A stretch of DNA of 64,000 nucleotides, from IMG/VR virus record IMGVR_UViG_3300036770_007283. One strand, written 5' to 3'. Shown here in pieces: positions 32,301 through 42,807 of the stretch. The stretch's first letter is position 1. Each line of letters starts with the position of its first letter. Made by a program: the position numbers and the translations under genes. The notes beneath the pieces were generated by a model. The model saw only the letters and a program-made list of their open reading frames with translations. It was not told the DNA's origin and did no database searches. Source of the stretch: a virus. Lineage: Duplodnaviria; Caudoviricetes.

Positions 32301-35300
32301 AACATCAGGGTAGGGTAATAAACTAAAGATATCCTTATCTTCACCATTTATTTTTAATCTTAGATCGGTAGATGGTGTAATATCAAATGGTAAAAAAGAA
32401 TTATAAGATGTTTCAGCATTAGTAGCAGCAGGATTGAAAATCAATCCGTCTGTTTTACTATCCGGGTATACTGCCTCTAAAACATTTGTTGCATCCCCTG
32501 ACGGGGTACCTATAAATCCATAAAATTTTGTTGGATCATTTAAAAAAGAATTTAAGTCTGATATGATTTCTGTACTTGAAATATCTAAGTTGGTAGTAAC
32601 TTCACCAGTCAATTCATCTATGCTGTATGTTATATTATTAACATCTTTTGTGATCGCGGTACCTTGCGTATAATATCCTGGCATTGAATAATTAGAACCA
32701 AAGATCTTCTCTTTTTTATCTATTGAGAATGTAAGTATTCCGCTATTACTTGGTTTAAAATTATCAATTTCAAATATAATATGGGCACCACCATCTTCTA
32801 TGTGTTTGGCACTCTTTATTTTTCTTCTTTTGATAACTTCATCGCCTAGCTTAATTGTATATCTTTTTCTTAAAAATCTTTCCTTAATCCCAGAAACTAT
32901 GAGCACAACCTTTCTTATTTTTTTAAAAGTATTGGGTGCTTCTAAAATAAACTGCCTATTTCCAAAGTATTCTGAAAAATTAACAGAAGAATAATATGTC
33001 TTTTCAAAAGTAGAGGAAACTACTGTATCAGTTTTCTCTACTGCTATACCCAAAACTGTTGCTGGCTCAATGAAGGCTGGTGCTTCATTACTACCCAACC
33101 TCAAAATTGCATGTGAAGTATTGTCACGTTCCACTAAATCTAATTTGGTTTCAGAACCAGTCATTTCATCGATTGAAATATTGGTAAATATAAAATAAGC
33201 TTCTCTTAAAGATTGTAATCCTGAAAAATTATAATTTCTATAATTTTTACCAGGAAATCTTAAATTTGCTTTTTTGTTACTAACTTTAAAAAAGTCTTCG
33301 CTTGTTGAAGCAGAAAAATCATATTTTATGTTTTTAGATACTAAAAATGTTCCAGCGCTAGTGTTTACTTCTATATTTTCTTCTGGCATAGAAAATTGAT
33401 GTAATATTTGCTTAGAAGCATTAGAGTTTGGTAATGCTAAATAAGCATAAACTTTTTTATCACCTTTAAATATTTTATTTTTTGATTTTAATCTTAATAC
33501 TGCACTAGAACCGTTTTTAAATAGTGGGATGCCAATAATAGGCTTAGTACCAAAGTCTAAGGAGACAATATCATCAGTATTAAATTGAGCTAATACAGTC
33601 CCTTTTGGCGGCCTAGATTCTATTATTGATGTGGAAATATAAATCTGTTCTTCATTTGATTCTTCTAATATATTTGGACATTTTAAAGTTACGCCATAAC
33701 GCTGAGATATTGGTGTAAACTCTAGTTGCTGTAAAGTATTAGGACTTATAATAATCAAAATCTCTTGTGTGGATTGTGTATAAGCAATTAATGGATTGGC
33801 TAATTGCAATGATATTTTTTTGTTATCTTCCTTACCCCTAAAGATAATTTCATTTACACAATCTAAGTTTTCACCCTTAATTAAAATATTATTTGCAATA
33901 TCAAAAGCAATAGGCGAACTATCATCAAATCCGTTTGGTATTATTTCATCAATAGTTGGTCTTTGTTTTTGCAGAGATATAACTGGCCCTATAAACTTAG
34001 TAACTTGACCAAATTTATCTGCGGCATAAAGGATAAAGTTATAAACTGAAAATGCTAAGCCATCAACGTCTATGCTTGAAAGATCTGATGCAGAAATAGT
34101 TACTTGATAAGTTTCATCTTCAGATTTAATTGGTGTTTTCTTAATCCATTTGCTTGGAGTATTTAAATAAATCTTTGGTGTAACAGATGCTAACAAATTA
34201 ATGGCACCATATGAAGCAGGGTTATAATACTTGCCCTCGTTTTTGTTATCTGCTACGCCATTATTTGAAAGTAAAATGTCTGGCCTATTTTTAATACCGA
34301 ACCAAACATAAGGATCTACATCATTGGTATATGGTAAATCAGACAAAGGATCTGCACTGGAAATTCCTGGTAAGTATTTTTCTGCCTTAGAATATATTGC
34401 TTGGTCTTTAGATGATGGAATACTTTTTTCATTAACAACCGCAGCCCTACCTTCTTCCAGCCCTAAGGTTAAAACTGGCACAGAAGTGTACTCTATTGAG
34501 GTGTCAAATGTCTTTAAAAACCTAGTTTTACCTAAGAGCCCTGACACGTTAATTGGTGATATATAAATATCAACATCTTCATCTTCTAATAGCTCAAAAT
34601 TGAAAGTGACGGAGTCAGAACCAAGTGGAAAATTATCTGGAATTTCACCAGTAATAGCGGCTAATGGTGGTGGTTTAAAGGCTTCGATTTTAATTCTATT
34701 GACCACTTGCTCAGATATAATTTCTATAAAGATCTCATCTTCTGAAGATATAGATTGGATAACCTCACCAGCAGAATTTCTGCCAGTAAGGTCCGGCATC
34801 TTGATATAGACGCGGTCATTTTTTATTGTATAATATCCGCCTAAGATAGGGTTACTTTTGGTTGAAAATAAGTCTTCTTGTGATATGTTTATCACTGGGA
34901 AAAATTCTAATACATAATCAACAACATTATTATCACCTAAATTAATTTCATCAAATCTTCTTCCTGAAATTCCAACTGTATCAAAAAATTTACCACTAGT
35001 AGAAAACAAAGTATCAATTATTTTAGGAAATACTTCAAATGGAATATATTTAAATTCACAAATTCTGATAACATCTGGGCTGAAAACATTAGGCTGTAAT
35101 GTTGATGAATCTTGTCCGTTATATATACAAAAATATATGTTTGGTGCTTTTCTATTGTATTCTAAGTTTCTAAAATTTTTCTTAGATATATCAAATAATA
35201 TATTGTTAACAGCAACATGAACTTTAGACAAGCTGGTTAAATTATTATTTAAATTAGTTAACTTTGCTAAATCTTCTGCTTTTTTAGTTATAATATCATC

Positions 35301-35531
35301 AACCTTTTTATTTGGTTGCAGCTTTAAATCTTTTACACCAATACTAACAATTGCACCGCCAGATAAAGGTAGTGTATTACCCCACTCCAATTCTGCTTTT
35401 TTAGGAAATTCTATTTTAAAAGAAGTATCTGTATTATCAGAGACAATGATTTCACCACAGTAAACTGGCTTTACTTCTATACAATCATTATTTTTTGCTT
35501 CTGGAATAACACCTTCTAAAACGCTACTCAT
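29382..35531 (-). CDS. Large hypothetical virion protein (2049 aa) with IPT/Ig-like domains and a hydrophobic helical bundle
   Basis: RPTIDEIIPNGF (IPT/TIG-like start), a filamin/invasin-like Ig segment near the C-terminus (IEIIPRDAYDNELG...GEVKIRAKI), and a long hydrophobic helical block. Confidence 0.7.
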   Translation of the reverse strand: MSSVLEGVIPEAKNNDCIEVKPVYCGEIIVSDNTDTSFKIEFPKKAELEWGNTLPLSGGAIVSIGVKDLKLQPNKKVDDIITKKAEDLAKLTNLNNNLTSLSKVHVAVNNILFDISKKNFRNLEYNRKAPNIYFCIYNGQDSSTLQPNVFSPDVIRICEFKYIPFEVFPKIIDTLFSTSGKFFDTVGISGRRFDEINLGDNNVVDYVLEFFPVINISQEDLFSTKSNPILGGYYTIKNDRVYIKMPDLTGRNSAGEVIQSISSEDEIFIEIISEQVVNRIKIEAFKPPPLAAITGEIPDNFPLGSDSVTFNFELLEDEDVDIYISPINVSGLLGKTRFLKTFDTSIEYTSVPVLTLGLEEGRAAVVNEKSIPSSKDQAIYSKAEKYLPGISSADPLSDLPYTNDVDPYVWFGIKNRPDILLSNNGVADNKNEGKYYNPASYGAINLLASVTPKIYLNTPSKWIKKTPIKSEDETYQVTISASDLSSIDVDGLAFSVYNFILYAADKFGQVTKFIGPVISLQKQRPTIDEIIPNGFDDSSPIAFDIANNILIKGENLDCVNEIIFRGKEDNKKISLQLANPLIAYTQSTQEILIIISPNTLQQLEFTPISQRYGVTLKCPNILEESNEEQIYISTSIIESRPPKGTVLAQFNTDDIVSLDFGTKPIIGIPLFKNGSSAVLRLKSKNKIFKGDKKVYAYLALPNSNASKQILHQFSMPEENIEVNTSAGTFLVSKNIKYDFSASTSEDFFKVSNKKANLRFPGKNYRNYNFSGLQSLREAYFIFTNISIDEMTGSETKLDLVERDNTSHAILRLGSNEAPAFIEPATVLGIAVEKTDTVVSSTFEKTYYSSVNFSEYFGNRQFILEAPNTFKKIRKVVLIVSGIKERFLRKRYTIKLGDEVIKRRKIKSAKHIEDGGAHIIFEIDNFKPSNSGILTFSIDKKEKIFGSNYSMPGYYTQGTAITKDVNNITYSIDELTGEVTTNLDISSTEIISDLNSFLNDPTKFYGFIGTPSGDATNVLEAVYPDSKTDGLIFNPAATNAETSYNSFLPFDITPSTDLRLKINGEDKDIFSLLPYPDVNSLDKKVLVLPGGAIFLKDYYRIYDKNILLFFNILNSKLPSIKHNVSEVVGIGPEDGEIILLDSGTPITIVAEKLYKIKVVNSERDFVILLNDIPLYPRGRPILVDDTPGSYIALVQMPPEVTGFIIAKDCFDVCASTTNTTREGAKINLGGPFTVDIAELYDGEGSAPDIEDLADKASSYPLQFVQEVLDKSLTPRNFIKSFCDFSFHLAVELKVSLNGFKTLMVPVKVIFCIIDVICSLLNPVKIAKAVIRLFESLWDLILILPQFSVPVMFLRLVLHLLELFKCLVDKVNLTITAINEICKAISDAAKTPINFTAIKSLEETLSEYLFEIKADISILEPVLSIFSLFLELLQLTFRFPCNINPNGAQQNCGVDGTMIAGIVAGIVAPELEIIPDKLLPVAQTYSTDTTSGSTSAGNIVEPNVGNVVANNSGQTYLESLNIEQDSLRANSNLDFNPTMAPTFTKSSKKGGLATEVNFTFKSRGLSTTLNSKSIDLNQTVDSPIALFTKSNDNLLIAQNGNIFSPVDGEDFLDINLDTKTATVKPLILNLEIPILTTDPQTGVPTQTGVDIVTRTFDNIPKLVILDDGLNVYFINKDGIKFNDDGFVESIEATIINASSAPKQKFQKEEVELDTDGDPSTDDGVVNLFDFPQLYFFDMRQAAEQLEQFCSTASINNFPFEDNNVEDIKNIVSQAQGCVTDWKSGLLGMVNKLSEQRQLGILPLGGIEIDTFEGLNSDVNRCLEKAANDICKYAVSSLNTSLKILEDQDQTPLAGYVDGTVTDEILENFVGSGAAFTGAREYAAGIGDSVKIKTGSVANIEIIPRDAYDNELGGDFSSRILVEIISDQTNSAKVIKGPDNNLVTKNGGKYLAKVTSEGVGEVKIRAKICDRTIQAITYSGITISEEQEATVDCIPDNQSIISTNSPPLGALTKVDRILSVYFIDTPNQFIPMVSGDITNNTNPQEFGTRLEN

Positions 35532-35536
35532 TTTAT

Positions 35537-37816
35537 TTAATCCCTACTTGGTGTAATAAGATTATTAATCAGACCTTTAGAATTTATGGCCTGTACCTGG
35601 CTACCTTTTAACATTATATTTTCTGTGCTCTCAATTAGAACCGCACCATCATTTCTAATGATCATCGGCTTTCCTGTTTTCATTCCTGCAATAACCAGAC
35701 CTTCTTCACTAATTGAAATAATATAATCTGATTGTGCCCCAGGATTTTCACCTGCTTCAAAGCTTGTAGCAACAAATTTTTTATCAGTTACGTTAACACG
35801 TAACTCAAAACGACCAACCGTCATTTCTCTATCTTGACTGTCAGTTCCTGGATATGTGCCACCAATATTAAAAAGAACTTCTCCATCTGTTTGAACGACA
35901 AGCGACCTGTTATTTTTATCCCTTCCTAACCAAGAAATAATTGAACCGGCAGTATCTAAAAGAATGCTTTTTTTATCATGATTATCACTACCAACTGAAA
36001 CTTCAACAGAACCTTCCATGTTTGCATGGACACTTTTCCCACCTACTGGTTTTGCCTGGCCATCCTCCCCTATATCAATAGAAACTTCATCGTTTTTAAT
36101 AGTAGAAGAAAATTGATTTGAATAATTTGGATTATTTGCCTCACTATAAAATTTTCCAGCAATAACCATCCCACCATCTTCACCGCCACCACCATGATAA
36201 ATTGCTGGTGCCTGTGGTTCTACAGCTACTACGGACATATAATTTGGCAATCCTACAGATTCTTCCTCTGTATTATAATTAGCCGGAATTGCCACCTCAA
36301 AAGGCTTGCTGTTTGACAAAACGCCTTCTGTACCAAAAGATTTTGGAATGCTAATAACTTTGATCGTATTTGCAATCAATCTTTCCGCCGCAGCATACAT
36401 ATTATGATATTTGGTTGGATTAACTCTAGATTCTGATGATTGCCCATTAGAATTTACAGATGGAAAATATCCCGACTCACCACCGCTGCTATATTTAATA
36501 CCTGTTTTTCTACTGGTTAAATTTTGAGCCCTTTTATCTGGAAAAACTATTTCACCGTTTTCATCTCTAAGCGTAACTGGAACTGGCTCTGTAATACTTG
36601 GATTAAGAACAGTAACTTCTACACCATCATCTTTTCCAGCATAATTTGCATTAGAAGCAAAAGGGATATTTCCAGTATCAGTAGAAGCAGGAATGTTTAT
36701 TTTAAGCAAGCCTTCTTTATCAATATCAAAAACAAAATTTTTAGATGATTGACAAGAATCAGTAGTTCTAGTATTGGTTGTTAATTGAAAATGATAACCC
36801 ACTCCTCGTCGGCTAATTCTGCGAGCTCGATCGTAACTAATTTCAAGATCTTTTTTTGGTACTCTATTATTTTCACTATAAATTAATGGTAGAAAATTTA
36901 TATCTAACAGGGTTCCATTAATGTCCAATAAGTTTCCTGCAATGATTTCAATCAATTCAGCTTCCGAAAGGTAGAGGGTATTACCCTGCTCTCTATGCCT
37001 AGCTTTACCAGTCAAATCTAGTAAACCAATATCTCCTGCCGCCCTGGCCACCTCTTGATCAAAGCCTGTAAAATAATTATCTGATAAAAACTCATAAAAT
37101 ACTGTTCTATGTTCTGCTAGTTCTGGATTTCTAGTTCTTCTATCATAGGTTCTTTTAGAAGGTATGCTACTAGTAAAAAATCCATATGGCACTGTTCTAA
37201 TTGCATATTCTGGATCTGCACCTAATGGAACCTCAACTATATTAGGCTTGGGCCTATGATTTCTTTTATCACTAGACATCCTTCTTACGGGGCCTGAGAT
37301 TACCCTTGATCCGCCAGTATATTCAAAATAATCTTCTACAGCTAATGTTGAGGATGTTCTATTTTGATTTCTTTTAACCCACAAGCCACCGCCATTAACA
37401 GTTGTAAACTGTAAATCACCATAGCTGTTTAATTTGATTCTAGCGCCACGCTCACCTTTGATTACCAAATCCCCTTCGGTAATTCTTGGGTATGAAGTTG
37501 TGCCATTTGGTAAGTTTAATAAAGCATCTTTTTTATAATTTGATGGATTTAATTTTTGATTAGGAATTACTGCAGCAATTAAGGTTAAGTCCCTACTATT
37601 TCCAGAGGTGTGAACAGCCAAAACTCTAGAACCAACGCTTAGCCCACGAAAGATTCCAGCATTAGAATTGCCCGCCGTATGTGGCAAAGGCACGTTTGTA
37701 ATATTTGAATCTTGATTACTATTGCCTGGGGAAATTGTACAGGTACCTGCATCATAGTTGATATCAACTATGTTGGCTTCAAATATTTGATCTGAAAATT
37801 TATTAGTTATAGCCAT
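35537..37816 (-). CDS. Baseplate central spike (gp5/gpV-like)
   Basis: N-terminal OB-fold-like segment (ANIVDINYDAGTCTI...VPLPH...GLSVGSRVLAV), C-terminal short beta repeats (LIESTENIMLKGSQV), and position immediately after the hub. Confidence 0.6.
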   Translation of the reverse strand: MAITNKFSDQIFEANIVDINYDAGTCTISPGNSNQDSNITNVPLPHTAGNSNAGIFRGLSVGSRVLAVHTSGNSRDLTLIAAVIPNQKLNPSNYKKDALLNLPNGTTSYPRITEGDLVIKGERGARIKLNSYGDLQFTTVNGGGLWVKRNQNRTSSTLAVEDYFEYTGGSRVISGPVRRMSSDKRNHRPKPNIVEVPLGADPEYAIRTVPYGFFTSSIPSKRTYDRRTRNPELAEHRTVFYEFLSDNYFTGFDQEVARAAGDIGLLDLTGKARHREQGNTLYLSEAELIEIIAGNLLDINGTLLDINFLPLIYSENNRVPKKDLEISYDRARRISRRGVGYHFQLTTNTRTTDSCQSSKNFVFDIDKEGLLKINIPASTDTGNIPFASNANYAGKDDGVEVTVLNPSITEPVPVTLRDENGEIVFPDKRAQNLTSRKTGIKYSSGGESGYFPSVNSNGQSSESRVNPTKYHNMYAAAERLIANTIKVISIPKSFGTEGVLSNSKPFEVAIPANYNTEEESVGLPNYMSVVAVEPQAPAIYHGGGGEDGGMVIAGKFYSEANNPNYSNQFSSTIKNDEVSIDIGEDGQAKPVGGKSVHANMEGSVEVSVGSDNHDKKSILLDTAGSIISWLGRDKNNRSLVVQTDGEVLFNIGGTYPGTDSQDREMTVGRFELRVNVTDKKFVATSFEAGENPGAQSDYIISISEEGLVIAGMKTGKPMIIRNDGAVLIESTENIMLKGSQVQAINSKGLINNLITPSRD

Positions 37817-37835
37817 TATAATTCCGAAAGGTTAT

Positions 37836-40800
37836 TTATTGTTTTACTGTTTCCTTAAGCGCTCTTTCTATATCCAAGAGTCCTATCTCAATAATGTTAG
37901 AAACATTAATTTTGTTTGGATTTAGTGTGTAAGAAAACTCTCCAGATCTAATATCCAACCAAGTTCTTTGCTTAGGCCCACCCTTAGGGAAGATGGCATC
38001 ATAATCACTAGAATCTACTTTTTTACCGTTTATGGTTTGACTTGTTACAATTTCTGGATTTAAACATCTAAATTCTGAAGAGGTTCTATCTTTATCTAGA
38101 AACACTATTTGCTCAACAATTTTATTTATTGGTACCGCTGCTACTGGTAGTCCATTAGGCAAGGTTAATGGCGTAGTAGACTTATTATTACCAATCTGCG
38201 CTCCCATCTTATTTAAAATATTTATACCCTGGTCTAATAAATCATCAGCAACATAAGTTGGATTTTCTTGCGTTAAACTAACTGGATTCTGTAAAAGTTT
38301 TTTAAATATTTCTAGATTATTCTTTACCCTCTCTAAATCTTCTTGGCTATTATCTTTTACGAAGCCTCTTAGTAAAACTAATCTATTTCCAATTAATATT
38401 GTACTTAATTCAGCCATAATATTTACAAATCTAAGCGCATTATTTTTGTGTGATAATAACAAGTTTATATTATCTTCTGTAATATCTAATCTATCAGGAA
38501 AGACTAGTGCGCTATCTGGTTGAAGTACACGATAACTGTCATCGCCTTGTGAATTTCTATAAGTTAGATTAGTACCTACCAGTGGGTCTTTAACATATTG
38601 CTGTCCAATTACATCTAATGGGCTTGGCAAATAAGTTCCGGGTGGATGTCCAAACTCTAAGGTTAGAGTAGTGGAAAAAGAATCACCTTGTGAATAGGAG
38701 TGAGAAACTTGACGAACATAATAAATTAATTGTTTTGAAGCAACATAAACAACATCGCCAGGTTCATAATATTCATTACCAACCAACTGAATTGTACCAG
38801 TGTTGATTTTTAATCTTTGCAATTGCAATAGGAATAAGGCATATGGCCTAGATTGTGTTTCTGCATCATTAATAAATGGGGCGCCACGATTGGGTCCGCA
38901 TTTATAACCATACTGCCTACACAAATCAAAGTCAGTTGCACCAGCCCAGAAATAAGTATCATTAAAAGCATTGCTTAGAGCGGCACCTGTAATGGGGGAA
39001 TCACCAACAACGTCTACCCTGCAATAATCTGGTGGATCTTCACGAAAGGAACAAGATTTAATATCATGATCATATATAATATGTCGCTTACCAGAACCAG
39101 GGCCAAGTAAGTTTCTTTTATCATCTGCAATTAAATGATCAAACAAAGTTCCGCTGTTAGCATCACCAGTAAAAATATCGGTAATTGTTTTTGTTGTATT
39201 TTTTGCCCGGTCTAGAATATCTGTAATATAATCAAGACGTTTAAAGGTGGCATTACTTTCTAAAGATAATTCCCAAGTTACTGGTGAAATAGAAGTTAAG
39301 ATATATTCTTGGTTTGTATCAACCTGATAGCCTTTTTTATAAAGATCTGATTCTTGATAATTAGTGCTATCACTTAGTCTTTTATTTTCATTTGCAAATA
39401 TTTTTAAATAATTTTGGGAACCTAATATTTCAGAAGAAACAATGTCTTCAACTTCATCCAGCTCCCTTTGTTTCTCTGTATTTCTTTTAAGTATAGTAAC
39501 TAAATTATCTCTATTTGAAATAGTTTCTTGCAGTTTATTTAAATAATTAGATGCTTTTGTTACATTGTCTGTTTCTGAGGATTCATTATTTAATATAAAG
39601 TCTGAATCTTTAAACTTACCATTATCCGTAACCAAATCTGAAGCTGGATCTATGCCGGCTAATTTTACAAACGACTCTCTAAGATTATTAATATTGGATG
39701 CATTTGCAATTTTTATTGGATTAATATTGCTAGGCTGAATAGCAACACTTAGAACACTCTGGGTAACATTAGTATTTTCTTGAAAGACTGGATCAAACTC
39801 CCCTAGTATAGTTTCTGTATCACCAAGCAGAACATCTCCTTCGTGACCTAATCCACCAGAAATATTTAATCCTTCGCCAATTAATTGGTTGCCGGTTTGA
39901 ATGTTGTTTCCAATTCCAAAGTTAAAATTTCTAGTTCTAAGCTTAACGGCTGCTGAATCTCTGGTTTCTACACCAAAGAATTTTAAGCTAGCCTTACCTA
40001 ACCTAGATTCACTAGAAATAGTGTTGCTTGCAGACTCTTCTGGAATTAAATAAATAGATGCAGATGGATTAAAATTAGGAATCAACCCTTTATCTGGATA
40101 TCTATTTAACAGCAGGCATAGAATTACAATCCTAATGTTAAGGCTATGAATTTCTCTACGAAGTGAAGAACTTCTAGTTTGAAAAACTTCTGTCAGGAAT
40201 TCTGGCACCACCTTTCTATTTGTTTGCTTGTTAATTTCAAACAACCTCTCTAAAACTGTAAGTGGTGTCTTATTCCATTGTGGTGGCCGAAACTCTAAGT
40301 GACCTTGTGTATTACAGAAAAATTCTAAGTTAACAATGTCTGCCGCCTTAGTACATTTTTCATAAATACTGGTAAAGTTACCTTTGAATAATTTAAAACC
40401 TGATTCTCTTAGTTTAAAAATAAACGGACGAATATCACTTTGTTCATCGTATTGGTCTGAAACAATGAAAAGATTTTTATCTCGATTTAAACGAACATCT
40501 TCAATTCTTCTCTGTGCTCCAATCAAGGTCATGGCTCTTGTCAACTGATGATCTGCCGAATAATTTCCTGTAAGTGGTAAGGTTTTAGATCTTCCAAATA
40601 AATTAAAGTTTTGTGTTAACAAGTCTCTAAAGTTTGTCGCCCCGCTATCTTTCAACTTATTAATTTGCTCACGAATTCCTATTTGTATGGACTCTCTTTC
40701 AAAGGTTAACGATTTTGTAATTAAATTATTTTGATAATCATTTTTTTCTAGCTTCTGCAATAAAATATCTAACTCTATTCTTCTCTTCTGAAGTTGCCTT

Positions 40801-42803
40801 ATTTTTTCATTAACTTCGTTCCTTAAGATGCTGTTGTTTGCAGTTTGTAATAATGTCTGATTACTCAAAGTAATCATTCGGTATGGTCTGAAGTTTCCAA
40901 AGTGATTATTTTGTCTTCTAACTACATCTAGTACAGCAGACAATGGGTCTGTTGGATTTAAGGCTCCGGTTTGTTCGCTAATATTATGTGCATTATAAGC
41001 TTGAGTAATAAAGGTTTCTACGTTGTATGGTTGGCCTACAATTAGAAGGCTTAATATATTTGCAATATCCAAATTATTTAGAACATCTTGTGCAACATTT
41101 AAACCATAAGTTTGTGCTAGTAACTTTTGGGTAATTTGATTTTCATAAAAAGGATCAACCAGATTAACGCCAGCAGTTGCAGTTATAATTCCCTGCTTCC
41201 ATCGGTAAACTAATCCATTTGGATGTTGAAAAATTTTTGTACCAGATAGTGAACCACTACTATTATATTGGCCTTGTAATAAGTTTTTTTCTGTTGCAAC
41301 TTGTCCGTTTAAAATTCCGGAATCATAAAATAATAATCCGTTACTAATTAATTTTTTGTTTTCTTCTAAGAGCTGTGGGCCTCCGGCCGATAAGACTGTA
41401 CCCAGCGCATCAGTTTTTATCTCATAAGGTGTTAATGGATCTTCCAAGATCCCCTGCGGATCTTGTAATGCTGGCTGCTCCATAAAGCGTGACCACCTCA
41501 ACCAACCCATATTATCCACACAGCTTACTTCTAAGGTCCACCTACCATTGCTCCAGGCTTCAGTACTTCTTTCTATAAAGCCGCCATATACGTGACGCAT
41601 ACCAAATGAGTTGTCACAAAATTGTCTTAGCTTTTTATAGGTATCTAAATCTATTTTCCCATTGGTAAATAAAATTCTTTCTGCATCTAAAACAATTTCA
41701 TCTATGGATGAAAAACCTAAGTCAAAAGATTCTTGGTTCTTATTAAAATCTTGAACCGTCTTCTTACCTCTAATATAAAAATGTACACCATCTCCAGGGT
41801 TTATAAAAGACTTGCCCAAATAAAAAACACGTAGTCTATCTCTGATATAATGAATATCTACTGTAGAGTCTAGTCCACCCAGCCCTAATAACTCCAATCC
41901 AGCACTAACAACTAACCTTGTATCAACTGGTGGGCTAGATGGGTCTGATAGATATTTTAAGAGACCTACGGTGCCTGTGATTGCTTCCTCTATTGCTATT
42001 TCTATATCACCCTCTGTAATATGCATAATTCTATAAGGGTCTTGCAGTGAAAAGGAACCTGAGCTAGTTTGAAATGTAAGGCCACAAGACGTACTAAAGT
42101 TTGTAAAGTTTCCCAACTCTATAACACCAGTTCCTGGACCAGTCCCATAATTATCTGTATCATTAGGATCTACAACCCAAGTAGTTAATTGTAGATCGCT
42201 AGCAAATGCATTTCTTTCTAACAGCAACAGGATATCTTGCTTATATGCTTCGAACCCCACTTCTTGAATATTGTAAGATAGAAACTTACCAAGCTTCTTC
42301 CACAGGTCTGCATTCTCTAAAGTTTGTGCATCTGGCTGAATAGATAAAAACTGTGAATTGTGATATAAATCAACCAATAGTGATAGGTTAACTTCTGCAG
42401 AATCTTCTAGACTTTTTTCTAATTTTGTTAAGCTTTCATAAGATCTGATTTGCGCAACCTTATAAGCAAACAAGGCTTTTGTTGCACGTAATAAAACTTT
42501 CTCAGTTTTATCTAGCCATTGCAAATCATTATTAAACTTAAAAGTAGAAAAAGCTTTCTTTTTAATAAGAATAGAAGCATTGGGTGTAAGAGTGACTAAG
42601 TTTCTTTGCTTTAGTTGGGATGCAAAGGTTTTATCCTGACCCAATAATATATCAACACCATCATCAAATAAATTTATCTCTGATGAGGTGGGCCTTGCTA
42701 CTGATTCATAGTTTTTTCTTAAAGAATAGTCGCCACGAACTGTATTTTTTAAAATTTTATTGATATTAGAATTTATTAACTTTGAAAAATTATTAATTGC
42801 CAT
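37836..42803 (-). CDS. Baseplate hub protein (gp27/gpD-like, expanded)
   Basis: gpD-like C-terminal signature GTIQLVGNEYYEPGDVVYV...YYVRQVSHSY...FSTTLTLEFG, internal FFCNTQGHLEFRPP, and position after the tube initiator. Confidence 0.65.
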   Translation of the reverse strand: MAINNFSKLINSNINKILKNTVRGDYSLRKNYESVARPTSSEINLFDDGVDILLGQDKTFASQLKQRNLVTLTPNASILIKKKAFSTFKFNNDLQWLDKTEKVLLRATKALFAYKVAQIRSYESLTKLEKSLEDSAEVNLSLLVDLYHNSQFLSIQPDAQTLENADLWKKLGKFLSYNIQEVGFEAYKQDILLLLERNAFASDLQLTTWVVDPNDTDNYGTGPGTGVIELGNFTNFSTSCGLTFQTSSGSFSLQDPYRIMHITEGDIEIAIEEAITGTVGLLKYLSDPSSPPVDTRLVVSAGLELLGLGGLDSTVDIHYIRDRLRVFYLGKSFINPGDGVHFYIRGKKTVQDFNKNQESFDLGFSSIDEIVLDAERILFTNGKIDLDTYKKLRQFCDNSFGMRHVYGGFIERSTEAWSNGRWTLEVSCVDNMGWLRWSRFMEQPALQDPQGILEDPLTPYEIKTDALGTVLSAGGPQLLEENKKLISNGLLFYDSGILNGQVATEKNLLQGQYNSSGSLSGTKIFQHPNGLVYRWKQGIITATAGVNLVDPFYENQITQKLLAQTYGLNVAQDVLNNLDIANILSLLIVGQPYNVETFITQAYNAHNISEQTGALNPTDPLSAVLDVVRRQNNHFGNFRPYRMITLSNQTLLQTANNSILRNEVNEKIRQLQKRRIELDILLQKLEKNDYQNNLITKSLTFERESIQIGIREQINKLKDSGATNFRDLLTQNFNLFGRSKTLPLTGNYSADHQLTRAMTLIGAQRRIEDVRLNRDKNLFIVSDQYDEQSDIRPFIFKLRESGFKLFKGNFTSIYEKCTKAADIVNLEFFCNTQGHLEFRPPQWNKTPLTVLERLFEINKQTNRKVVPEFLTEVFQTRSSSLRREIHSLNIRIVILCLLLNRYPDKGLIPNFNPSASIYLIPEESASNTISSESRLGKASLKFFGVETRDSAAVKLRTRNFNFGIGNNIQTGNQLIGEGLNISGGLGHEGDVLLGDTETILGEFDPVFQENTNVTQSVLSVAIQPSNINPIKIANASNINNLRESFVKLAGIDPASDLVTDNGKFKDSDFILNNESSETDNVTKASNYLNKLQETISNRDNLVTILKRNTEKQRELDEVEDIVSSEILGSQNYLKIFANENKRLSDSTNYQESDLYKKGYQVDTNQEYILTSISPVTWELSLESNATFKRLDYITDILDRAKNTTKTITDIFTGDANSGTLFDHLIADDKRNLLGPGSGKRHIIYDHDIKSCSFREDPPDYCRVDVVGDSPITGAALSNAFNDTYFWAGATDFDLCRQYGYKCGPNRGAPFINDAETQSRPYALFLLQLQRLKINTGTIQLVGNEYYEPGDVVYVASKQLIYYVRQVSHSYSQGDSFSTTLTLEFGHPPGTYLPSPLDVIGQQYVKDPLVGTNLTYRNSQGDDSYRVLQPDSALVFPDRLDITEDNINLLLSHKNNALRFVNIMAELSTILIGNRLVLLRGFVKDNSQEDLERVKNNLEIFKKLLQNPVSLTQENPTYVADDLLDQGINILNKMGAQIGNNKSTTPLTLPNGLPVAAVPINKIVEQIVFLDKDRTSSEFRCLNPEIVTSQTINGKKVDSSDYDAIFPKGGPKQRTWLDIRSGEFSYTLNPNKINVSNIIEIGLLDIERALKETVKQ

Positions 42804-42807
42804 TTAA

